15,746 nt of DNA from an uncultured Verrucomicrobiae bacterium. Lineage in GTDB: Bacteria > Verrucomicrobiota > Verrucomicrobiia > Limisphaerales > JAFGQR01. Location: the NCBI GenBank assembly GCA_963788655.1, contig CAWBHS010000105.1, positions 1 through 15,746 on the forward strand, given 5' to 3'. How positions within the stretch are numbered: position 1 is the stretch's first letter; each line of letters starts with the position of its first letter. Position numbers and translations under genes: made by a program. Under the pieces are notes generated by a model. That model worked only from the letters and a program-made list of their open reading frames with translations, did not search any database and had not been told where the DNA came from. This document shows, piece by piece, positions 1 through 7,178 of the stretch.

Positions 1-45
1 CCTGGACACTAACCCTCACATCACTTTTAAATCCCAAGGCAAAAT

Positions 46-254
46 ATGAATAATAAATTATTTTCAGTTAAAGAGTATAAGCTGGACTCGAACGAGTCCA
101 ACAACTACTCAAGACGGCTGAGGCAACGATTGCTATTCTCAAACAAGAGAAAAGCCAATCCACCCCAGCCACACCACCCGCAGCCGTTCTGCCCGTGGAA
201 TCAGAACCAACAATTTACAAAACAAAGGGATTCACGTTTACGCAAGTAATGTAA
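46..254 (+). CDS. Small phage protein upstream of the capsid gene (coiled-coil plus Pro/Ala/Thr linker; possible scaffolding protein), apparent 1-nt frameshift
   Basis: The listed ORF 46..249 reads unnaturally after codon 12. Adding one A at the AA run (79-80) gives MNNKLFSVKEYKAGLERVQQLLKTAEATIAILKQEKSQSTPATPPAAVLPVESEPTIYKTKGFTFTQVM*, with TAA at 252-254, 21 nt before the capsid ATG. The scaffold role is inferred from position only. Confidence 0.45.
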
Positions 255-275
255 TCCACAATACAATTTACAAAT

Positions 276-926
276 ATGGCTACATCAAATTTAGACAGAA
301 CATTTCTCCAAGGAGCTATTGAATCATTTCAAAAAATACTCGCTCCAATTTCAGCATTCAGTTACGCAATCTCTCAACAAGGCGCGGCTTTGAATGACAC
401 CATCACCGTTCCCTACGTTTCCGCTGCGACGGGCAGTTCAAACTTTACCTACGCAACCGACTCCGCAGACGTGACCGGTAAAAGCATTACTCTGAATAGC
501 ATCAAATATCAGAAAGCTTCGCTCACGGACGCCGACATGGCCGCATTGAACCCCGAAGCCATTCAACGGCTCGGCAACCAATTGGGCGCGGGCCTTGCTG
601 GTGACGTTCTCTCCGCTTCCTTCGCTTCGGTTCTAACGGATGCGAACTTTCCACTTTCTAGCTCTTGGAATAGTAACGAGTTATCCAGTTCCTCAACGCT
701 TATTGACCTTACGGAACAAGCCGACGCGCAGAACTGGCCCGTTGAACGGAACTTGATTTTGACCTCAACGGCTAACGGTTACTTGTTGAGTAACCCCAAC
801 ATCGTCAATGCTAGTGTCTTTGGTAGTTCGCAACCAGTACAGACCTCTAATATCCCAAATGTTTTTGGTTTTCAGGTGTATAAGACCACCGTTCCGATGG
901 TAGTTCCCATCGCACTCAATCCAAAG
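276..926 (+). pseudogene. Phage major capsid protein (HK97 fold, P22 coat-like), 5' fragment, interrupted by insertion at 927
   Basis: ATG at 276 follows an A-rich leader. The protein has coat-like segments such as LAPISAFS..NDTITVP, RNLIL and IPNVFGFQVYKT. The tail of the listed ORF (DRCYRRDW... to 992) is read-through into the inserted element. Removing the insertion rejoins the frame as ...VPIALNP(N/K)AILLGMAP.... Confidence 0.7.
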
Positions 927-1051
927 GATCGGTGTTACCGGCGCGACTGGTCGTGGAGTGACAGCATAGGCTTCCAACGTTCGCATTGTTAGATGAGAAT
1001 GGTCGGTGAGTTTTCGCATAAGGGGATTCTTCGGGCGTCTTCCGATCGCGT

Positions 1052-2591
1052 CACGGTGCATCAGCGGAGATAGGCAAGCATAAGTGGCCTGAGCTTAGCA
1101 ATGGCCAGGTTCCACTCCCACCCGTGAACCATCGCGTCTTGCAACCACCGCGTGAACTGACTGCTCCAGCGGGTAATCCGCCGTAACAACCGGACCCAGC
1201 GAGACACCGCTTTGCCCTTCTGCCGCGCGACCGTGCTTCGCCTCTTGAGTGCGGCCTCATACTTCCCCTCCACCTTTGCGTCCCGAATTCCCTCTTCGGC
1301 TTCCAACCGGCCACTCAAGAGGAGCAGTAGATTGTGAACAAGGACCAGAAACTCGTTCTGCACCTGTGCGGGCACTGGCCCGGACCCCCACGCCCGTTTC
1401 TCGGCTAGCAGGTTCTCCCAGACATCGAAGAACTTCTCTATGTCCCACCGCAGCCGGTAGAGTTGGGCGATGACCCCGGGGGCCAAATGGAATTCCGTGG
1501 TCAAGAACTCATGGATCTCGCCGGTCTCCGGATCCTGGTAGCGAACGCGGCGAAACTCACCCGGTTCTCCCAACCGCACCCGCTCGTCGGAGAGCACGCC
1601 CTGGTTGCGGGGATCTTTCTTGTTCCACGTTAATGGCCTGGCTTCCCGCACCACCAGATTGGCCTTCATGCGCGTAATCACCGTGAAACCGCCCTTGAAT
1701 TTCGCGCCCCGCAGGAACTCAAAGTCCACGGCCACCGGATCGATCGTCAGGAGGGTGTGCGTGGCCTCGGGATGCCAATGAAAGTCACTCCACGGGCGGG
1801 CTTTGACCGCCGCCCATTCGTGTTGATGGCCATCGGTCTGCGCCAGCACTCGTGCGGCGCCGGTCCGTAGATCGCGCTGGAAGAGCCCAGTGACGGTGTC
1901 TGGCACCTCCCGCCGCCCGCTCGTCATGGTGGCTTTGGGTTCGTGGGTGGCATGTTGAATATCGTGTCCGTCCAAGGCCAGGATATCCCAGCCGGCGAGT
2001 TCCGGAAAATCCCCAAAGCGATCAGTCACCGCGCTGATCCTCCGAGAGAGCGTGGGGTTGAGTTCGTGGAGCAACGCCAGGCGGCGCGGGCTGCTGGCCG
2101 CTCCGAAATAGGCGCGCAGGGAAACGTCGGTCAGATCGCACTGACGAACGGACTGGAGAAAGGCGCGTCCGGAAGGATGGAAGGTATTGATGCGGCGGAC
2201 CCCCAGAGTAATGAACTCGGTATCAGGTACTCCAGCCCGTCGCGGTAGTTATCGAGGTCGGGCAGAAGGCTTAGTGCCGGATCGAGGAAAGCGTCGCGAA
2301 CGAGTGGTGTAAGTGGTGTTATCATGGGTGCCGATGAGGCTACAGTACGGGCCAAGCAATGCACGTAATATTTGCGATAACTCATACATATTTTGCGCTT
2401 AACGATCGCCCGCCTTTGACCTATAGGAGGTCGTCGCCTACTTGAGACACTTTACTTGGTTTTCCGTTTACAAAGGCGTGGTGACCCCCGGCAGACGCGG
2501 CACGGGGGATTGTGAGGGTGAGCTGCTAACCAAATTTTCATTTTTCAGGCGGTGCCGCTTATTACTTACTTGCGTTCCTAAACCCGCCGTG
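1052..2591 (-). mobile_element. IS4-superfamily insertion sequence nested in the hairpin element (ends tentative)
   Basis: Contains a DDE transposase. Candidate imperfect ends are CACGGTGCATCA (from 1052, abutting the transposase stop codon) and the reverse complement CACGGCGGGTTTA (ending 2591). Flanks GCGT and GCGC look like a 4-bp duplication with one mismatch. The outer hairpin arms resume just outside these limits. Confidence 0.55.
1061..2325 (-). CDS. IS4-family DDE transposase (DDE_Tnp_1-like), apparent 1-nt frameshift near 2226
   Basis: Catalytic motifs ALDGHD, TIDPVAVD and LYRLRWDIEKFF. The N-terminus MITPLTPLVRDAFLDPAL...YRDGLEY (ATG 2325) joins DTEFITLGVRRI...SGRAFLQ...YFGAASSPRRLALLHELN if one base is added to the GG at 2226-2227. 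Confidence 0.88.
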
Positions 2592-2747
2592 GCGCATCGC
2601 CTGGACCGATTGGTCGCATCGGAAGTCCCGAGGACAATCCGCTATACGAGACAAAATTATGACCACGTGCCACAAGGGAGAGCGGCTCAATGGCAGACAA
2701 CCTCGATCCATATTGAGTTCGCGTCGAGTAACACCGATCATCCAAAC

Positions 2748-2953
2748 GCAATTTTGTTAGGAATGGCTCCCCATCTTCCACCTTCAGAGGCTGGCAATAT
2801 CGTTCGGGTTGAGCAGGCTGCTTGGGACGGTGGCTTGGTTATCACAATGCGAACCTACTATGACCCAACTACGCAACGACTCGCAAGATAATTGACTGCT
2901 TGTTCGGAGTCGCAACGGGTGATTCAACGGCTTTGATTCAACTCAAGGCTTAA
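2748..2953 (+). pseudogene. Phage major capsid protein, 3' fragment
   Basis: In the same frame as the 276 ORF: AILLGMAPHLPPSEAGNIVRVEQAAWDGGLVITMRTYYDP. After a 1-nt shift at ~2864-2868 it continues NYATTRKIIDCLFGVATGDSTALIQLKA*, with TAA at 2951-2953, resembling a coat-protein C-terminus. Confidence 0.7.
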
Positions 2954-3006
2954 GAAAAATGATTTGAGGAAACCAGCAATGGCTGGTCGACTCAACAACA
3001 AACATT

Positions 3007-3081
3007 ATGAACTACAAAAGCTTAATGTTTGGACTTTCTCTGATATCCAATCCCAAAGATTGTGTTTATTTGAAAAGTTAA
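3007..3081 (+). CDS. Putative 24-aa small protein MNYKSLMFGLSLISNPKDCVYLKS
   Basis: The A/C-rich leader (CAACAACAAACATT-ATG) resembles that of the capsid gene, and the stop codon is immediately followed by a terminator. Too short to be certain. Confidence 0.3.
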   Translation: MNYKSLMFGLSLISNPKDCVYLKS

Positions 3082-3087
3082 ATGGTG

Positions 3088-3129
3088 AAGAACCCCGTGG
3101 TCCAACCCGCCGGCGGGGTTCTTTTATTT
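3088..3129 (+). terminator. Rho-independent terminator closing the capsid transcript
   Basis: Stem AAGAACCCCG / CGGGGTTCTT followed by TTATTTCTTTT. Confidence 0.7.
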
Positions 3130-3188
3130 CTTTTGTGGGAACGGCTGAGTTTTCTATGTATCTTTCGCTTCAGTCGTCTCCCATATAC

Positions 3189-3228
3189 AAAAAGGGACAC
3201 TGGCATTTCGCTGGTGTCCCTCTTTCTT
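3189..3228. terminator. Second, possibly bidirectional, terminator-like hairpin
   Basis: AGGGACACTGGC-ATTTC-GCTGGTGTCCCT, with an A-run before and TCTTTCTT after. Confidence 0.55.
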
Positions 3229-3235
3229 AGAACCG

Positions 3236-3315
3236 AAGAGCGAAAACATTCGCTAGTTGATTCTGATAATGCTTCTCATAACAAAGAGACAAAACATTGA
3301 CTAGTTGTTTCTGAT
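3236..3315. repeat. Two 32-bp imperfect direct repeats, period 48 bp
   Basis: AAGAGCGAAAACATTCGCTAGTTGATTCTGAT (3236-3267) and AAGAGACAAAACATTGACTAGTTGTTTCTGAT (3284-3315), 27/32 identical. Confidence 0.8.
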
Positions 3316-3474
3316 GGTAAGGTCAGCCGTTCCGACTCCGCCAAGATTGTCCAATTATTTGACCAAAGTTAAGGGGTCTGGCTTGACCGCCACGCCACGT
3401 TTCCGCCGTGGGGAATGTCTCCACACATTACGGCTCACCGACCACGCCAGAAGCCGTTTCAGACGGTAGTTTAG

Positions 3475-4967
3475 TTTGACTTCGTAAGTTTACCCCCCGT
3501 TCTTTCTCCGCTCCTTTGCGCGCTTGGTGTGAGAGCGGATGGCTTGCGCTCGCCGGCGATGTCGGGCCCGCACTTGACGAATCACTTCGGCCTCGGTGAG
3601 ATCGCGCCGCGGCAGATAATGCACCAGCAAGGCTTCAATATCCGCGCAACTCAAAAGCGGATTGACCTCTTTCTGTGCTACCCGTTCGCTTAACATAAAG
3701 AGCATCGCCATCATGACCAGGGCGATATGATGGTGCCATCCGGACCATTTCTGCACTTGGTAGTCCGCCAAGCCGCATGTGCCTTTGGCATCCTCAAACA
3801 CCCGTTCTACCCAGTAGCGTTGGCGTTGTTGCCGGACCAACCGGGCGAGGGACGTCCGCTCGGGCGCATTGGTCAGGGTGTATTTGCGATCCGTCCCATC
3901 CGGGTTTTCGGTCACCAGCAGCGTCAGGCGCAACACCGCCGGATGGCGCGGATCCCATACATAGACCACGCACCGCCAAGCGCGGAGTCGTAAGGGCCCC
4001 CGCGTCGTGTCGCGCACGGTCACGACCCGGGCTTGGGTCGAGTCCTTCAGCATTTTGATCCGGCGCACCTCCGCTTTGGGTTCGCGGGTTCGATAACGCT
4101 GCGCGGGCCGGCCCCGTTTCTCCGCCCGCGGCGCTTCCGGCGCGAACGGCTGCAAATAGACGGCAAAATCCGAAGGCACATCGATGAAAAACCTCTCTTG
4201 CATTGCCGTCAATCGATAGAACGCCTCCGGGCTTTTGCCGTAACCGGCGTCGGCCGCGACCCAACCAAACTTCAGTCCTTGCTCGCGCGCGTGGCCGATG
4301 ATCTCGACCGCCAACTCATCTTTGGTCCGGAACCCGCGCTCGCTTTCGGGGATGCCGGCCGCCGCGCAACGCGCCGGATCCTCCGTCCATTCCTTGGGCA
4401 AATAGAGTCGAGCCGCCACCGGAACCGCCAACGCATCCCGGCAGAGCGCGCCGAACACCCCCACTTGCCCGTTATCCACTTTGCCCAACCGACCTAACCA
4501 CTGCCGGGCCACGCCCACCGACTTCTGGCCTTGCTTGGGAAAACCGCTCTCATCCAGGAGCAGACACGCCTCCTGGTCATCGCCGATTAACTCGTTGGCT
4601 TGCGCCGCCACCCGGTCCATCACCGCCCGGGCCTCCCACTTCGAGTGGGTGAGAAATTGTTGCAGGTTGCGCGCATCGGCCTCGGGCACGACCTCGGCCA
4701 TACGCAGCATGTTCTTGCGCTGGCCGCCTTGCATGAGTCCGGAGAGGTATTGATACGCTCCCGCCGAAACATCGTGGCGATAGGATTGGAACAGATCGGA
4801 AAAGCTTTTCACCAAGCGGATAAAGCGCTGGCCAACGCCACGCAGCGCCGACTCCTGGATTTCATTTGGTCTCCTGGGTTTACTCGGGGTTCCGTTCGTT
4901 TGTCATCATGGCGATCAATCTATGGAATATCCTGACGGAACGCCAGTTTTATCTTTACGAAGTCAAA
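3475..4967 (-). mobile_element. IS701-family insertion sequence, complete
   Basis: Perfect 13-bp terminal inverted repeats TTTGACTTCGTAA (3475-3487 and 4955-4967). 4-bp target duplication TTAG (3471-3474 and 4968-4971), matching the nTAG target preference of IS701. Single transposase gene. Confidence 0.92.
3490..4865 (-). CDS. IS701-family transposase (DDE_5-like)
   Basis: Motifs LQQFLTHSKW, LLDESGFPKQGQKSVGVARQWLGRLGKVDNGQVGV, AADAGYG and RYWVERVFEDAKGTCGLADYQVQKWSGWHHHIAL. The listed ORF is 3490..4815. The likely true start is ATG 4865 with an AGGAG RBS, in frame if one base is added to TTT 4860-4862 (MKIQESALRGVGQRF...). Confidence 0.93.
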
Positions 4968-5150
4968 TTAGTCGCCGGTGTTTAATTGGAAGAAGGACGA
5001 GCCGTCTCCACTCAGAGACGGCAAAGCAACGCTGCTCTACCGTCATGGTTCATCAGCGCCGTATGGATTGCGGTTCCGGGAATGCAACTTGCATGGTTTG
5101 GTGGCAGTCTGTGTGGCGTTCAATTCGGCAGGTGCCAAATCTTGACCAAT

Positions 5151-5186
5151 AAAAACAAAGCGAGCGTCTTCGGGGAAGACGCTCGC
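5151..5186 (-). terminator. Rho-independent terminator of the DUF6370-like gene
   Basis: Perfect 12-bp stem GCGAGCGTCTTC / GAAGACGCTCGC followed on the minus strand by TTTGTTTTT. Confidence 0.85.
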
Positions 5187-5217
5187 CGCAAGGGTAAGGA
5201 TGGAAGTGGCCGGCGGT

Positions 5218-5562
5218 TTATTTGACCGGTTCAATCTTTGTGGCCGCCAATTGCAGCTTGTCGCCAACTTTCTTCACGGTGCCGGTGGCGTTGACTTCCT
5301 CGTTCTTTGAACACACATTCTTGTGGAAGTCTTTGGCCACCGCGTTATCAGCCAGGTAATACAAAACTTTCTTTTTGCCCTTCTCCACCTGGATGACCGT
5401 TTGGCAGGTTGCAGTTTTATGCAAGGCGCACTTGGCGCACATGGCCGTTCCTTTCACGGTCGCCTCTTTGCCTTTGGCCGAATGTTCCTGCGCGTAAACG
5501 CCGGGTGCGGCCAAAGCCAAACCCATCACCAACGCGGCGCCAATCCTGAGTAGTTTCTTCAT
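5218..5562 (-). CDS. Small secreted Cys/His-containing protein, DUF6370-like
   Basis: Signal peptide (MKKLLRIGAALVMGLALAAPGVYA), CAKC..H....C and FH..VC motifs, and its own terminator. The family call is from recall. Confidence 0.75.
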   Translation of the reverse strand: MKKLLRIGAALVMGLALAAPGVYAQEHSAKGKEATVKGTAMCAKCALHKTATCQTVIQVEKGKKKVLYYLADNAVAKDFHKNVCSKNEEVNATGTVKKVGDKLQLAATKIEPVK

Positions 5563-5980
5563 AGTCGATTCGTTATTTACTGGTTGTTAACACAAACACA
5601 AATACATGACATAAGTCAGACTCCATTTTTATGCGCCAGTTCCGTTGCCTTGTCAAGGGGTAGAGAAACTCGAACAACGGCCCGGTCAATCCCCGTCGGG
5701 TGCGGGTGCCCGGCCTAAAGCGCCGCAAAACCCTCCGCTTGCAGGTCGGGTGACGTCACGCGCCGTCCCAATCTGTTCCATAATGAGGAGAGTTGACGCG
5801 GGAACCCGATGGCGCCCGGTAGCCTACTGATCGGGGCGTCAACCAGGATTTAAATGGCCTGCTGCAGCCGCCCGCAAGGACGATGGAGCTTGGTCCATCG
5901 TTTCAAAACAGGGAGGAAGTGTTCGCCGCAACATCGAGCAAGTTGCGGTGGTCTGGATGGCCGCGCACCTCACCATGACC

Positions 5981-6050
5981 GGAGGCTCATTCATCTCGGA
6001 CGCATCGCGGTTTTCCGAGGAAAAATGAGCCTCCTCATGTCGGCTGCTAC
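5981..6050. repeat. GTAG-type REP-like element with a truncated partner arm (same family as 13409-13478)
   Basis: GCCTCCTCATGTCGGCTGCTAC ending at 6050 matches the sequence ending at 13478 with one mismatch. GGAGGCTCATT (5981) pairs with AATGAGCCTCC (6024-6034). Confidence 0.65.
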
Positions 6051-6225
6051 GAACCGGCTGGAGTTTTAAAACAGGCTCTTAATCACCCTTTCTCGCGACG
6101 AAAGCGGGAGCAAGCTTCACGCACCAAACGCTTCGCGATGATCGGCGGCCTCAGATTAGGCGTTCGCGTCAAACCACATATTTGCGTGGAGGCAATCGGT
6201 GTGCGGGCAAACGATTATTCCGGCC

Positions 6226-6260
6226 AAAAACAAGCAGCGGCGGTCGCTGGACCGCCGCTG
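6226..6260 (-). terminator. Rho-independent terminator after the ThuA-like gene
   Basis: CAGCGGCGGTC-GCTG-GACCGCCGCTG followed on the minus strand by CTTGTTTTT. Confidence 0.8.
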
Positions 6261-6299
6261 TCTGCGTGCTCAGGGCACGCTAGTTTATTGCCATCCGGT

Positions 6300-7169
6300 T
6301 TAGTCCAGGTTCTTGGTCAGGTCTTCCGGGGTGACGACGCTTTCGACGCCGTTTTTCGGCACATCGACTTTGGCGATCCAGAGGATGGCGTTCAGCACGA
6401 CTTTGCGGTAGCTCTCGTTCCCCCAGAATTTGTGTCCGTGTCCACCGGTGAAACCAAAACCGCGTCCGCCGTCGGGCCGGTTGTAGGTCCACATCACGAC
6501 TTGGGGTTCTTTGTTGGTGAGCACCGCTTCGCGGACGTAGGGATTGTTTTCGTGCGGGCCGTCACCGCGTTTTAAGGAATCAGGCGGCGGCAGCGCCGTC
6601 AGAATTGGGGTAACGCCTTTCATGTCCGGTTGGAAGCGCATGTGGTAGTACCATTCATCGACTTGTTTGAACGGTTTCACGCCGCGGGTGACGGGATGAT
6701 TGGGAAACGTTTTGAAGTCGGCTTCCCAGAAGGGATTGACCGACCAGTCCGTTTCAAAGTAACCACCGATCCAATCCAGCCATTCCTTGCCGCCGCGATC
6801 TTTGGGCACTTCCACGGCGTAATGAACGCAGCCGAGGCCGACGCCTTTGTTCATCAGACCCGCCAGCACTTTCAACCGGTCGCCTTGGATGAACGGATGG
6901 CCGCCACCGCCATCGGAATAGACCACAATGGCAGCGGCGCCGTCGAAGGTGCTCACGTCTTTCGGCCAGCCGTTGCTGCATACGACGGTTGTGATGCCGG
7001 GCACCGACTTCAGGCAGGATTGGAACAACAGGCAGCCTGCGCGGTGCTCATGATCGCCATGGCCGTGGCTGCGACCACCGGCGACCAGCACGATTTTCTT
7101 GTCCGCCGCGTAGGTGGTGAGGGCGCACGCCGCGCCCGCCGTCAACAGGAGGAGGGTTAGTTTTTTCAT
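6300..7169 (-). CDS. Secreted ThuA-domain (trehalose utilisation, class I GATase-like) protein
   Basis: Signal peptide. Motifs SHGHGDHEH, DGGGGHP, HPVTRGVKPF..VDEWYY, GGRGFGFTGGH.H..W and RKVVLNAILW. Confidence 0.88.
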   Translation of the reverse strand: MKKLTLLLLTAGAACALTTYAADKKIVLVAGGRSHGHGDHEHRAGCLLFQSCLKSVPGITTVVCSNGWPKDVSTFDGAAAIVVYSDGGGGHPFIQGDRLKVLAGLMNKGVGLGCVHYAVEVPKDRGGKEWLDWIGGYFETDWSVNPFWEADFKTFPNHPVTRGVKPFKQVDEWYYHMRFQPDMKGVTPILTALPPPDSLKRGDGPHENNPYVREAVLTNKEPQVVMWTYNRPDGGRGFGFTGGHGHKFWGNESYRKVVLNAILWIAKVDVPKNGVESVVTPEDLTKNLD

Positions 7170-7178
7170 AAATCGATC

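Larger units (their letters stand above)
927..2739. mobile_element. Composite insertion: ~270-bp non-autonomous MITE-like hairpin element (927-1051 plus ~2596-2739) carrying a nested IS4-type element
   Basis: Perfect 12-bp terminal inverted repeats GATCGGTGTTAC (927-938) and GTAACACCGATC (2728-2739). Flanking direct repeat ATCCAAAG (919-926) and ATCCAAAC (2740-2747), or equivalently a 6-bp TCCAAA duplication with ends at 926 and 2740. Excising 1821 bp restores the capsid reading frame. Confidence 0.8.

Noticed and set aside
927..2739. Self-splicing group I or II intron or in-frame intervening sequence in the capsid gene
   Set aside because: No GTGYG...AY ends, domain V or terminal G were seen. 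Terminal inverted repeats plus a target duplication point to transposition. An in-frame TAG at 990-992 prevents read-through.
2442..2891. Listed 149-aa ORF as an independent gene
   Set aside because: It is a chimera. The first ~100 codons are IS leader and hairpin element, and only the last ~50 are the capsid C-terminal part.
3236..3315. CRISPR array or hammerhead ribozyme
   Set aside because: There are only two diverged units with a 16-bp spacer and no cas genes. The GAAA...CTGAT motifs read CTGATAA and CTGATGG rather than CTGANGA, and the required stems are absent.
5110..5140. tRNA 3'-end fragment as an att site (GTTCAATTC...CCA)
   Set aside because: The T-stem has a G-G mismatch, the distance to CCA is too short, and no acceptor, D or anticodon arms can be built.
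5792..5843. GTTGACGC...GCGTCAAC inverted repeat as an IS200/IS605 end or ncRNA
   Set aside because: Only 8 bp of pairing and no TnpA, TnpB or IscB gene nearby.
6064..6080. IS5-like terminus TTTTAAAACAGGCTCT
   Set aside because: No inverted partner or transposase was found in the window, so it is at most an orphan end.
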